Shown: piece after piece, positions 28,301 through 42,264 of the stretch
Numbering within the stretch: position 1 is the first letter of the stretch
How the letters are laid out: every line of letters begins with the position of its first letter
Assembly (NCBI RefSeq): GCF_018977255.1
Contig: NW_024704742.1
Coordinates: forward strand, 94,862,001-94,926,000
DNA from: Callorhinchus milii
Taxonomy: Eukaryota
Length of the DNA stretch: 64,000 bases
Reading direction: 5' to 3'
Program-made: the position numbers and the translations under genes
Notes under the pieces: generated by a model
Told to the model about the DNA's origin: nothing
Seen by the model: only the letters and a program-made list of their open reading frames with translations
The model's database searches: none

Positions 28301-28729
28301 TTTTCTTAAGTTAAAATCTTATTTAGCACACAGCTCTTCTAGATCTTGAATAGTGAGTCTTTTCAACACTCTCACTCCAACTTGAGGGACAGTTCTTAGA
28401 GAGTAATGTATCAACAACCGCAAGGTGGGCATACGGATTTCAAGCTGCAATAGTCACACATATAAGAACATAAGAATTAGGAGCAGGAGTAGGCCATTCG
28501 GCCCCTCGAGCCTGCCCCGTGAATCTACTCAGAACAGGGCAATGAATGCACAGAGAGATGGGGAGAGGATTGTCAATTAGCTGGTAATATGAACCATTGC
28601 TACAGTGAAAGGGACAATGTTAAGTCTACTCTTCTAGAGAAGATATGGCCTGGGAGCTCACTTCAGAAGAAATGCTGTTTTAAAACAATATCGTAGACCG
28701 GAGAATAATAGTTTTCCCATTGAAGTTTA

Positions 28730-28996
<267 letters not shown>

Positions 28997-31885
28997 TTAA
29001 AGAAAGGCGAGCATTAAAGTAAATTATTCCTTCCCCTTCCCACAATTATCCTTTTGGTTTAAAAACACTAGATGACAACCATTACGTATAGTTAGAATAA
29101 CAATAACATATCAGGGAGTTTCTCCTGTGTTTTTGCCAACGATGCCCAAGACCTCTGCCTGACAATGACCTTGACCTCTGCTGGGAGTGGCCTGACCTTG
29201 GCCCGAGTTGAGGTACAGTAGGTGAAATCTTAACCCAATATTCTAACTTCACTGAAATGGTTGTGTTTATTATGCATAGATTCAGAAGCATCCTACACTA
29301 CATGTGTGGAAGTACAATTTCATTCATAACTGGAAATGCAACACACTCTACTCCCGAACATTAAGAATGAGAGATAGATACTTTTGGATAGCAGTGATTT
29401 AAAGGGTATGGCAAAAACACAGGCATTGGGATTAAAAGATCTACCAAGATCTTAAAAGAAACCTGGTATAACAGCCTCAGTTGGCTAAACAGGCTCCTTC
29501 TGTTCCTGTTTTCCTATGTTGCGAACCAATTCTAGGTGATGGTGCAAAAAATGACATGTGATGTGATAATTATCACCAGTGATAATTTTCACATCACTGG
29601 AAATCACAGTCAAACCAGTCAGTAACTAACGACTGGACTGAAATTGCTGGTGGTACCTATTGTTATAGGGTCCGGACGATGTCTGTAACTTCATGAGATA
29701 CCTTAGATTAAACTCAGATTGAAGCTTTGGGTAACGCCACTCAGAATTACTTTTTATTTTGTTTCTTAATATGAGAGCAGTCACTGTTTTATCAGCCATT
29801 GCTTTCAGCCACTACACCTTCAATCTCTGCAGCTCCCTGCCTCAATCACTCTGCCTTGTTTCCTCTATACCTGTATTCAGATCACACTTGAAGACTACGA
29901 TTACCTCCCATTTTCCTCAGTTTGGTGTCAAACTGTTAAGGAGACACTTTGCAAGGTAAAGCACGTTATATAAATGCAAGTTGTAAAGAAAACCTTGCCT
30001 ATTTCAACAACAACAAATTTGCATTTATGTAACGTCATTCACGTAGGATAGCATTGAAGCCCAGTGCAAAATGTCCATCATTTTGAGATGTACAAAAATT
30101 CACAAAAAAAATGAGGAAACAATAAAAAGGGTTTTGCAAAAGCTAAATGTTGGCTCAAAGCTATGGTGTATAAGGATTTTAGTCATGTGCTTTTCAATGA
30201 TCGGAAATAACCAGATCTGGAGGAGATTTTTCAAAAAGAGAACTTCCACCTCTATAGCTGATGCCAATAAGATATTTAATACAACATATTATTAAATTAG
30301 CCTTGCATAGTTCCACCCACTGCATAATTTCCTCCTGTAGGAAATAAACTCCTGCAGTCTGTTTATTTGGCTACTGAGGCTGAGATCATATACAGTATTT
30401 AAACGAGAATTGAAGAATCATTTGAAGAGGAAGGACCTCATAAAAGGTATGGAAAATGAGCAGGAAATTAGAGTAGAGTTAGTGAATGTCCTCGCACCAG
30501 TTCAGTCTCATTGGCCCTTATGGCCTCCTTCTATGCTACAATTTCTATGATTCGATGATTTTATTCAGCAGCAATTTTTCCAGCTGCAGGATAATTCTAA
30601 TTCAACAGTAGTAAAGAAAATAAAGGAAAGGTTGGCTGAGGAAAAGATACAAAAGAAATCATCAGTGGTGAAATTGCTGGACCACTTTATTTCCACGGGA
30701 AAGAACATCTGTTTAAACACTTATGCACAGCAGATGCCAAAATGGCAACCTTCCTGATCATTCTGTCATCTCTCACGAGTTAAGATGGATGGCAGAGAAA
30801 GTAGATATTCTCCAATGTCAGAATCCGTTCCAATTTTAATTGCTGCTCCTTATTATATTTCTCAAAAGACAATAATTCTTTGAGTAAGTGCGGCAAAGAC
30901 TATTCTGCTTTTGCCCATTCAGTGCCAAGATCCTTTGCCACTACTTTGTGCTGCAGGAGATCTGGCATTGGTTGTTAATGACATAACAGCATTTAAAAAG
31001 AAATTGGATAAATACTTCAGGAGACGTAATCTTGAAGGGAATAGGCAATGGGACATGAATAGATAGCTCCCATGGGTGTGTGATTATGTGGTGGTGGTGG
31101 GGAGGGTGGACAGCACCTGCACAGAGAGGGGATAGGAGAGCATTGAGCCAAATTGTCTCCTTCTGTTCTGTGGTTCTATGAACCATGCACACACGATTGT
31201 CTAGCAATGATTCGATATTCCTAAATGGTCCATTTTTGATTTGCTAGAGTTTATATATTTCTAGTGCAGGAAAACTCTAATCTGCAAGGTTGAAATCGGG
31301 CAGCTATCAAAAACTGTTCACAAGAAATCTGCCCATTTCAGCAGCAATAAAAGTATTTAAAACCTACAATTCTGGCTGTGGATTAAAATGTCTTTCAGAA
31401 GAATTGTATCCGACTGGCATGTGATGCCACATGTGCTGTTCATGTCACTCTTTGCATTTGGTTTATTACTGTGGAGCCCATGATAATGTGACCATAAAAT
31501 CTTAGCGACTGTTATAACAGGGTGCGATGGCTGGACAACGCTTCAGCATGCACACAGAAAGATTCTGTACTACATACAGGAAACTAAACTGGCTAATTTC
31601 CGAGCCTTCAGGTTTCCACCATCATCGCTTCCTGGGTGTTATGCAGCGCACAAAGCACAGAAAGTTATCTGACAGGCCAGATGTTGGGCATTTTGGCTTC
31701 TCCATCCCCAAATCTCTCTGTTTCGCTCCTTTACTTCTCTCTTTCAAGGTATATTTCAAAATGTTCCCCTTTAACCACACTGTCAGTCACCTTTCCCCTT
31801 CCCACTTCATCCAGCCTCCGTGGGGGTCCATACAGCCCTGTGAATGCACTTTGAAACGTCCTCCCGACGTGAAAGGCACTATGTA

Positions 31886-32365
31886 GTCAGCTCGGCACAG
31901 TGATAGACTATTGTCTGAGTCAGAAGGTTGTGGGTTCAAATCCCACATCAGGAGGACAACTCAGATACTCTAATGCAGTGCTGGGGGGGTGTTGCATTGT
32001 CGGAGGTGCCGTTCTTCAGATGAAACTTTAAACCAAGGTCCCGTCTGTCTGTTCAGGTGGACTTTAAAGATCCCATGGCACTATTCGAAAAGAGAAGGGG
32101 ATTTCTCCTGGTATTACCCCCAAAATAAAATTGGTCACTCAATCCATGGCTGATTGTGGGACATTGTTGTGCTACTGTGTTTGCTTACAAGTATACAGTC
32201 ACTCCATTTCACAGTAATTCATGTGAAGTGCTTTGAGCCATCCTTCTGACATGACCAATTAAGCGCTCTGAGACATCACCCTGCATGGAGGGCGCAATAT
32301 AAGTGCAAGTTGTTGTTTATGATGTTGATAAGGCACTATGCCAAATGCAAGGCTTTATTATTATT
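31886..32365 (+). mobile_element. Deu-domain SINE (SacSINE1/AmnSINE1-like)
   Basis: tRNA-like head, then ggaggtgccgttcttcagatgaaac..aaaccaaggtcccgtctg..aaagatcccatggcactattcgaa, recognised from memory as the Deu domain. An extra L2 tail is inserted at about 32260-32320. Confidence 0.8.
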
Positions 32366-32574
32366 GTAATACATTGTATTGTATTTTCATGTGCTGGCTG
32401 ATGTGATGTGATATAGAGCTGGCACCATATTTTGGACATTTTAAACGCTGTGGTTCCTACCCATAATCTGTGGGAACTAAGTGAACTATCAATAGATTAT
32501 GTAGTGAAGCCTTGTAATTCTGAAATTCATTATAACGGGGTTCTAGTGTATACATTTGTGGATACAGCACAAGG

Positions 32575-32890
32575 TGGAGTCCTGTAGCTCAGTGGTTAGA
32601 GCACTCGCTTTGCAAGTGAGACACCTGAGTTCAATTCCAGGCAGGACGAAACCTTGGGCAAGTTTCCTTACTCCACACGCCTAATAATAATCCCTCCAAA
32701 ACAAAACAATAATAAATTGGTCATTTTCAATCCACGACTGTTTGTGCGACACTGCTATGCGTAATTGGCTGCCGCGTTTCGCCCACAAATAAACGGTCAA
32801 TTCACTTTACAACATATTCTGTGAAGCACTTTGAGACATCGAGAAGATGTGAAAAGCGCTATATTAAATGCAAGCATTATTATTATTATT
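32575..32890 (+). mobile_element. Young tRNA-derived SINE (short form) with 6-bp TSD
   Basis: tRNA-Ala-like head with A box TAGCTCAGTGG and B box GAGTTCAATTC; L2-type tail ending in (TTA)n; aaggtg repeated at 32571-32576 and 32891-32896. Confidence 0.9.
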
Positions 32891-34679
32891 AAGGTGAGAA
32901 GTCCTCAATCTATGATTCAAATAAAGGAAATTAAATGCAATAAACAGCCTGTGCAGAGAACCGAATGCTGTTGTTTCTCTAAGGAGCCAAGATTAATGGA
33001 AAAGGGGATCCAGATAAGATAATGCAAATGGTCTTGAAACATTGATCCAAATCTTCAAAATGCACAAATTTGTTTCGGGTCTGGCAATGGCATCATCCCA
33101 GATAAAAATCTGATTACAACTAAATTAACTTGGGGTGAGATTATCACACATGCGTAATATGAATAGAAGAAGTTAGGCAGTAATTACAGCTATATCTATA
33201 TTGTCTTCACTTAGTGAACGTTGCTATCCTATTTGCAGTGTAGTTAATATGAGAACTCTGTGCGAAACGATCACTGCTCCAAACCATCGAATGTACAATG
33301 AGCACAAGCGGAGATGTACAAGACGATTGAGCGAATGATGGACATATACAACTGCGCTGATATGTCAATCAATTTATAAATTTCAAGAAAAGTAATGTCA
33401 TCAGAGATATGTATTAAGGAATATGGCAGGAAGTCTTGGAGGTGGGATATGGGGAGATTTAGCGGAACATGAGCAATGACATAGTCCATGGGAGTCTGGT
33501 CTCGACGGTTTGAATGGCATTCTTCTTTTCTTCACATTATGTGTTTCTATGAGAGTATTTCCACTATATAACAGGACAATCTTAATATATTTCTACACAA
33601 GGAATGATTCAGAGCAGACTGACAAACAGTATGCCAATGCTTCCCATAAGGTAGCAGATTAGGCAACAGTTTTCGTGAAATGTTTCAGAAGGGTTATTAA
33701 GACAGAGTAAACAGCAGCATTGACGTGCTTCTGAAAATGTGCTTCCAGCTGCTTCCATGGACATGGAACCAAGACAATGCACATCCTACACTGGTGTCAT
33801 CTTCAGCATTGAATACGTACTGCATTGAGAATATCAAAAGTACCACTCTGCAGAATGCAACTGGTTATGTCATTGCAAGGACACCAGCTGAGCAGAACAC
33901 TTCATGTGGCTGCATGTGGGATGTATACTGTGCACAGAAGGACAACTGTGGATGGCTGAACATGCCAGACATAAATATATTGTTTGACACTGTAATTTCA
34001 GGCAATCACAGGCATTTTGTGACTGCAAGAGCTGAGGTTGAAGATAAAGAGATACATTTCCATTCCGGATATTCCCAGTATATTGAAGCATCAGTGTTGT
34101 TAATTAGGTATATACATAAAAAGGTCAATAATGTTATAGCTCTAATGACACTCATTAAACTCATATGGAGTTTGCAACATACAAAATTGTATCTTGTTCT
34201 GATTTAACAAGGTGTCAAATGTATATTATTCTCTCCTACACTATTATAGCCTTAGTATAGCCTTGACCTTATAGCTTACTGAAACTCAAGTAGCTGGTTT
34301 GATACCTATAATAACACATGAGAAGGTAAACGTTGCAGTGATCCATGTATGTAGTGTGATAATCTTACTCCAAGTTAATTTAGTTGTAATCAGATTTTTA
34401 GCCAGCCGTGCAGCTAGTACCTGTCGCAACACTGAAAGTTCATTAACATTTGCAGTATAATTTGATGATTTCTCCTTTAGTTGTTGCTGTAATATAATTC
34501 AGTTGCTGTTACTGCATTTTGATGCTTATTCACATTTTCCATAGTCATCGGTGCAATTCATGTCTACACGCACAGCCTCTTACAACAGATGAATAAATAA
34601 ATCTGTGATGCTTACTTTAAAATGCAATCAGATTTCACGACCTATAATCTCCTCATGTGGCGACACTACATGGGAATTG

Positions 34680-34970
34680 TACAACAACAACTTACACTTG
34701 AATAGCACCCTCCACACCAGGTAGAGTCTCAAGAGTGCTCAACAGTGGCGTAGCCTGACTCCGAACTGGCGGGCGGGGAGAGATGGCCATAAGCACGATC
34801 AAAGAAGAAAGTTTTCAGGCAGACTTAAAAAAGGGGAGAGAGTGGGCAAGGCAGAGGGATTGAGGGAGAGTATTCCAGAGTTTTGGGACATAGCGGCTGA
34901 AAGCACGACCTCCGATGGTGGGGCAGAGGGTGCAAGGGACGAGCAGGAGGACAGTGCCAATAGAGACCTA
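34680..34970 (-). mobile_element. L2 LINE 3' end
   Basis: Shares gagggattgagggagag..ttccagagttt with the 10790 and 45323 copies. Confidence 0.75.
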
Positions 34971-37697
34971 GGAGCAACTGTAATGTTGCTCCTAGATACA
35001 TTTCCATTTGTCATGTAATATGTGCATCAAGGACCTGCTGTGTATCAGAATTTGCTTGGTAACTCCCAGAAGGCAACCTACTTTTTGCCCGTAACACAGA
35101 ATGTACACAAGTAAAATTCTCACTGCCGTTAAAATCTAAGTACTATTCAAATTTGTTTAGTGGTATCAACAAACTGTTATTGTTGTGGTCTGTCAGTGCC
35201 TGTGCCACTTTTAGAATCAGTTCCCAAAGGGTCACTAAAGTAGGACCTCATTTTGTGAGAGTTCCCAGATTCAGTTTGATTCTTCTCCATTCGTTACCAT
35301 TTCAAGCCAAGCTGGGACTATAATATAAAAATGTGCTATTGCTCGAACAGTCACAAAAAGGAATATTTGTGACAAACAAGCAAAGAAAATAGTACGGCGA
35401 GAGTTAGTGAGATAGAGACTCACCCAGTTATGACCAGGAGATACAAAGAATGCGAGAGAATTATGAGATAAACTTTTACAAAAAAGCAAATTAAGGACAT
35501 GAGAGAAACAAGCCACCCACCTATCCTTTCCCTTATTCTGCAGGTTTGTAGGAAAAGCACAGCAGGAGATATTTGTACAGCATATTTCAACAAATTAAGC
35601 ACTACAAATTGAGAACTATGTTCACCTACAAATACATAGTCACTACATTTTCTTGTGAAGCGTTTTGAGATGTACTAACAACCTGAAAGGCGCTATGTCA
35701 AACTCAAAGATTATTATTATTATAACTAGTAGTTGCCTAGCAATATTGTGCAAGGTATAGGAATAGGATGAACTCCAGACAAAAACATTCTACGTATAAA
35801 GATATCTATTTGTAGAAAATACTGAATGATAGGACACTTTGTGCAAAGGTGAGGAAAAATTGGGTCCTGCACTTCTCTCTGGTTGAAATTTAACAGTGAA
35901 TTGACTATTGTGTGTTGAAGGATAACTAACCATTTTGCATTTGGACCAGAATTCGATATTGAAGTATTATGTTATGTTTGGGAATTTTATACAAAGGGAG
36001 TCTGTGGGAATTATTTTTTGTATATTGGAATTTTTTCCTCCTTGAATACATATTCAATTCTAGACACATGCCGTGGCTGATAATAAATTTCACTAATTGT
36101 AAGAGCATGTGGCTGTCTTGTTTTATGAGAGAGTCTGAGGGATAATTTCTTGACAATCTCCAGATGCAGACTGAAGGTAATACGATATATAATGTGAATT
36201 TCACGGAAAACTAGGCTAACATGATATTACCAGCTATTTCCCTTCTTTGTACATTTTGGCATTTTTGGTATTATGAATATTGAAGGTTAAATCTGTGGCA
36301 TAACACTGCAAAATACAGTATTACATTCAGAAGGAGCTTCCCCCCACTTCCACTGACATAAATCCAATCTCCCATATTGTCCTACGTGGTAAGAATAATC
36401 CAAAAATCTATGTGAAGGTTTTCCTATGGGCAATTAGTGTAACTGTATTTACACAAATAGATGCAAATCATGTTACTCCTGACAGCTTGATATATGGATA
36501 TGTTTTCAACCAAATTTCTGACACAATTACCCGAATGGGAAAAGGTTAAGACCGTCGCTTTGCTTATTTGAAAACCAATTCTTAGACAATTGAATGCCCA
36601 CTGTTCCCCTCGTAGAATGATAGCTGTGACGCCTCTATTGTAAACACACAAAATGTGCATCTTTCCTCCTCCCTCCCCTTCCCATTGCTGGAAAACATGT
36701 TCTGTGTTGGTGAAAGAGAATTTTCTGGAGAGAAGCGGCAAGCTGTGGTCAGAGTTTTAAGTGCCTACAAAATACAGTCACTACATTTTACAGTAAATAC
36801 TGTGAAGTGCTTTGAGAGGTCTTCATGAAATGAAATGTTCTAAATCAAATGCAAGGATTATTTATTTAAATGGCACATATTAGGCTCCTGTGTCTCCATG
36901 CACTGAATATTTCAGCCTAAGACAGACCCCTTTGATTTTAAGGTGTCAGACTTTTCCTTAACACACAGTTGAGTTCATTTGCAAAGACACTAAATTATGT
37001 TCTGCATTGTGCATCACTTTTCACATCCTCACTCTTAAGATTCTGTTTGTGATATTAGAAACTTGTAATGCAGTATTTGGATCATTGAGTAATACTTTCT
37101 TGTTGAGATCTCATCGGAACATAAAACAGGAACAGGAGGAGGCCATTCAGCCCATCAAACCTGTTCCATTTGTTTAATATATCTTAGCAGATGTTTCAAT
37201 TTCATTGCCGCTCCATACCAGATCCTTAATATCTCTACTACCCAGGGACCTGTCTCTATTTTAACTACAATAAAAATTATTACATTTGATTAGCCAGAAC
37301 ACCAGGAGGAACTCCCTTCTCTTTTGAGTCGTGCCATGGGAACTTTAACATCCACCCGAACAGGCAAATTGTTTAATGTTTCATCTGGCACCTTCAACAA
37401 TGCAGCAGCCCCCAGCACTGCCTTAGAGTGTCAGCTTGGACTATGTGAGTTCAAGTCCTGATGTGGGTTATCTTATTTTGTACCACAACATTACTTTAAA
37501 CTTAAGGCCTTACAATCAACCTGTCACGCTGTAATTGTACTCTATCTCAATCCTTGTGGTAGATTTTCTTTGCTATTTCCATTGGAGTGACACTCCCACT
37601 AGCAGCATGACCATAACCTAAGACGGTGGTAGGTTTCATGGTGACGACATGCGGAAGCTTTGATCCCAGACCGGAGTCGCATTGTTTCTGCACTGAC

Positions 37698-37870
37698 CTG
37701 AGAAATTTGTTGAGGTCTCCGTGCTTCATGTACTCAAACACCATAATGAGAGGGTCGCCTTCCACGCACACACCGTAGAAGGTCACAATGTGCTCATGTT
37801 GCAGGTTGGTCAACAGCTCTGCCTCACGGTGGAAATCCTTGCGTGCATTCTCACTGGCTTCTTTCAAAGT
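37698..37870 (-). CDS. NTRK2: Trk kinase exon 2 (alphaC to hinge), 173 bp
   Basis: [57 protein letters not shown](R) within ORF 37547..37912. Acceptor aactcag, donor gtcagt. Phases match both neighbours. Confidence 0.96.
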
Positions 37871-38029
37871 CTGAGTTGTTAAAAGCAACAAACACTTAGT
37901 CTTTTTCTTCAAAACTCTGCTTTTCTGTGTGTGTGTTTGTGTGTATTTAACTTAAACTCAGCTGTCCATTTCTCCCATTTTAATTCTTATTATCTCTCTT
38001 CTGTAGATTGTGTGGCAGAGTGAAAGAGG

Positions 38030-38400
38030 CTCTCCTCTAGTTTACTAATCTTTGCTCTGGGTAGTACTATTGGGGTATGGTTGCACAGGTTCCCACTGTC
38101 CTCTGGCAACCTCACCAAGGGACCCTTCTCTGTGTGTGTGCGAAGAATTGGGCTTTTTGACTTTGTGGGACAATACAGCCAAACTTGGTGCCGTCCTCAC
38201 CCAACATCAAAACTCATGTATTTCCGAGGAAGGGTTCAGGAGTGGGAGAATTCCCTCACCGAGCCAAGAAGGGAAAAGCCAATTATAGCATCTCTTCTGT
38301 CATTCTAGATGAAATCTACTAACTCAGACCCAAAGCCAAACCTTGCTGGTTTCTTTCTATGCTGTTCAATACTTTTATCTACAGAGTCATCAGGGGAGAT
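38030..38400 (-). mobile_element. Old SINE-like repeat (third family)
   Basis: Reverse-complement similarity to 8800-9180. Confidence 0.45.
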
Positions 38401-39676
38401 CCTGACAAAAAGGATTATAATAATAATATAATAATAATGAAAAGAATAACAACTGTGGCAACTCCATGGATAATAAATGTATCATGATTTTGACATTGAT
38501 GGGTGCTAGAAGAAGACAGAAGAATTGGATTTGGGGAACCATGAGCTAAAGATTTCCCTCTAACCCATCAATTGCTCTAAAACCTTCAAATCAGCAGGCC
38601 CTGCTGTGACAGAAGCCATTTGCTAAATGAGAATCTGAGCATGGAACCTGCTCTTTATTTGATTGACAGAAGGTCAATGAGAGTGGCCTGGGTTGACTTC
38701 TGATTTCCCTGAAGGGTGTTGTTTAGAGGAGACTGGGACCTCATCACGTGGGAAATGAGGGACTAGTTCCGCATTGTACCATTATATTTCAACAGCACAG
38801 CACATAAACAACAACTGCATTTGACAAAAAGAAAACACCTAGTTTTTACTCCCATACATTATAACAAACATTCATATGTCAGTGTGAGAATCACATCATA
38901 TTTTATAGGGCAAAAGCAACACGACTTCTAACCTGTCAGCTCCTTCCTCAGAATATCTCGAGTGGATTCCGAAATAACCCCCTGAAAGCACAGACTATTT
39001 CTAAATCCTGGGTTCCAGCTGAAATAAACCAACAGTCTTCACGGACCAGCTAAGTGGGCTGTATCAGTCCTGTCAAAAATGTTTGGTTTTCTGAAAACAT
39101 TCCAGTGTAAATGTTATTTAAACCTCATGTGCCGCTGTTTTCATATTCAAAACAATATTTTTTAAAAATATTTTCGAACTGGCAGGCTTGCTCCAGCAAT
39201 GACACCTGAGCCTTCTAAATTATATGTTATAAACCCCCGGCATGTGGTACAATCCAGAATAATTTGCAAAGCCTCATAGTTTTAGTGAGACATTGCATAC
39301 AACACTAGGAAAATCCACAATTCTTCTCTGCTTCCATTTGCACCTGTGGGCCAGTCCTGTTAAGTCAGTGATTTGGCTTTGTGCAGAAGTTTATTTAGTT
39401 TCCAGGAGTGTATGTCACACAGGAATTCACACTGAAAGATTCGGAAGTATGCTCTGTAAGAAGATCTCTTGCATACTGCTAAAGCAATTAAAGCTTGTGT
39501 GAAACATAAAGGGTTTTTTCAACAGCCACTGTTGCACCAGGGTGTAAAATCAAGAGCGTCTAACTGTAGCATCTGATGGAAGAGAAAGTCTGTAATGTGG
39601 CCAGTACACAAATTTGGCCATTAAACTCCAAATTTCCATCACCAAAGTCCTCGTCTGGTTCCATTGTCTCAATTTA

Positions 39677-39955
39677 AGTGAGACACCTGGGTTCAATTCC
39701 AGGCCGGGCGAAACCTTGGGCAAGTTTCCTTACTCCACATGCCTACTAATAATCCCTCCAAAAAAAAATCAAAACAATAATAAATTGGTCATTTTCAATC
39801 CACAACTGTTTGTGGGACACTGCTGTGCGCAATTGGCTGCCACATTTCGCCTACAAATATACAGTCAATTCAATTTACAGCATATTCTGTGAAGCGCTTT
39901 AAGACGTCTAGAAGACGTGAATAGCGCTATATCAAATGCAAGGATTATTATTATT
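39677..39955 (+). mobile_element. Young tRNA-derived SINE, 5'-truncated
   Basis: Starts inside the head (agtgagacacctgggttcaattcc); body and tail match. Confidence 0.88.
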
Positions 39956-40299
39956 GGTTCCCTGTTTCTCAGTAGATTGATTTCAAGATCCTCACTGTCC
40001 CTTCATGTCCTAGCACCTCTCTATTTTTCACCTTTCTATTTTATTTCTCATCCCTCAGATAGGCTAAAATGGGATTTCTATGCATCCCACATCTTACCTA
40101 TGCCACAGCTTGGTGGCTGAGCTTTGGAATTCTATGATTCTGACCTCTGCAACCAGCTCCCTCACCTTCTTCCATTTCGCTGCCTCTTAATATGTCTTTA
40201 TATTCCACCTCAAAACCTAACTCTTCGACCTCCGCGCCTATGGTCACCTATTTTTTCTTCTTCACTCAGTGTAGCGACTATGTATTTTTGTACATGAAC

Positions 40300-40612
40300 A
40301 TAACAGACAATTTACAAGCAATGTCCTACAAACACCATGAAGTGAATGACCAATTTTTATTGGGGGAATTGTTGTCCAGGAAACCAGGAAAATTCCCTTC
40401 TGTTTTCAAACAGTGCCACATGATCTTTAATGTCTACTTGAACAGGCAAAGATGGCACCTCGGTTTAACATCCGGAAGACGGCACCTCCAACAATGCAGC
40501 ACAGCTCCAGCAGTGGAGTGGCAGCCTAGACTATGTGAGTTCAAGTCCAATGTAGGGTTTCAACCTACTGCCTTCTGACTCAGAGGCAAGAGTACTACCA
40601 GCTGACCCAGAC
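40300..40612 (-). mobile_element. Deu-domain SINE
   Basis: Reverse-complement head and Deu domain. Confidence 0.75.
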
Positions 40613-41006
40613 TCATTGAAAGATTAATTTAACAGGAAATAATAGCTATATGGACATGGTAAACATTAAAGTCTACAATGTTGTAGCATCAGAAACTGGG
40701 AAGGGTTTTCAATTTCTACTCACTAGACAAATATTCAAATATAAGTGCATTTGCAACTTTCAGTTATCAGATTTCGCCAATTTCCAGGGTCTTTTTGCTG
40801 AGTTGTTCCGCTGTCATTGCTACATGAAACCTGGGCATAGTTTTATAATCCAGGGTGAGATCATGTATCATGCTCTTTTGACATTGCATTAGTCCTCCAC
40901 AGTTCTACCTAGCAAGAAAGCTGAAGCCGAAAGATAGATAACAATTTATCATGAGAAGTCCGGGACCATGGCATAAATTAATAACAGAAACTCTATCGTG
41001 CTTTAC

Positions 41007-41137
41007 CTTGACTGCCACCAACGACTTGTCTTCTTCTGGGCTGAGGTTGGAACATTCGGCCAAAAACACTTTACCAAAGGCACCTTCACCCAGCTCCCTC
41101 TTGAGTACAATGTTGTGCCGCTTAATGTGCTGGACAA
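41007..41137 (-). CDS. NTRK2: Trk receptor kinase exon 1 in window (Gly-rich loop, VAVK lysine), 131 bp
   Basis: Manual translation (F)[43 protein letters not shown]. Acceptor tttttaaacag, donor gtaaag. This frame is missing from the ORF track. Confidence 0.95.
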
Positions 41138-41384
41138 CTGTTTAAAAAATAATAAATATTGCAACAAATCACAATCTGCTAAAAAATTAAACATTATAAT
41201 AAATCAGAAATCACTGGAAAATAATTATTACCATAATCAGAAAACAACAGCAACAACAAATTGCTTTTTATAGTGACTTTCAGTTTGGGAGAACCCTCTC
41301 AAGGTATTGGATAGTCGAGAATTTGTTCCCCAAATCACAGAAGAATAACAAATATTACAATAGAAATCATGGAAAAATAATAAA

Positions 41385-41880
41385 TAACAACAACAACAAC
41401 TTAGATTTATATAGCGCCCTCCACGCTGGACGGCGTCTCAGAGCGCTTCACAGTAATGGATCCCGGGACTGAGCCAGGGGGAGGGGGAGGAAGGTGACCA
41501 AAGGCGCGGTCGAAAAAAAAAGCTCTTCAGCAGAGACCTCAAAATAGGAAGGGAGGGAGGCGAAGGGAGTGAGGAAAGGAGCTCCAGAGCCTCGGGGCAT
41601 AGTGACTGAAGGCACGGCCGCCGAGGGTGGAGCGGAGGACTCAGGGGATGAGGAGGAGGCCAGACTAGGAGGAATGAATGCAACAGGTACTGTTTTGAGG
41701 AGAGAGGTCAGAGAGGTAGGGGAGTGCAGAGCGGTGCAGAGACTTGAATACAAGGGTGAGGATCTTGAAATCGATCTTCTCTGGGACAGGGAGCCAGTCT
41801 GGCAAGGACTGGGGTAATCGGGGAGCAGAGTTTGGTGCGGGTGAGAATGTGGGCGGCAGAGTTTTGAATAATCTGGATTT
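41385..41880 (-). mobile_element. L2 LINE 3' fragment (second subfamily)
   Basis: WLPVPEKIDFKILTLVFKSLH and a (TTG)n tail. Confidence 0.8.
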
Positions 41881-42264
41881 TATAACAATAGAAATCACAG
41901 AAAAATAAATATTACAGTAGAAATCACTGGAAATAATAAATAATACAATAAATAATAAAAATCACAGAAATGTTTTCAATAGTTTTTTATGAACAGGTAC
42001 AAAAGGCGTTTAAATATTCAACTGTTGGTTGTAACAGACAGACTCATTGGGGAAACTGTGAAACCCAATTTGCTGCATGAGTAAAGTAAACCTCAAAATG
42101 TAAATGACAAAGGTTTGTGAGACAGTCATATTGTTGTCTGGTTCACAAGCGGAAAAGATTGAGAAGGACCAGCTCAATATTCACAACGCAAATTTTCTTT
42201 CTAATTTCTCCACCAGATTACGTTTATGCTATAATTCTCTTTGCATGTAAACTGGCATTTTAGA

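Noticed and set aside
32576..32650. tRNA-Ala-like sequence (also at 63603, 1081, 16190, 44586)
   Set aside because: The acceptor stem is not properly paired, and each copy continues into the same SINE body and tail. These are SINE heads, not tRNA genes.
33725..34207. 160-aa ORF on the plus strand
   Set aside because: Non-ATG start, no recognisable domain, antisense within an intron; consistent with chance.
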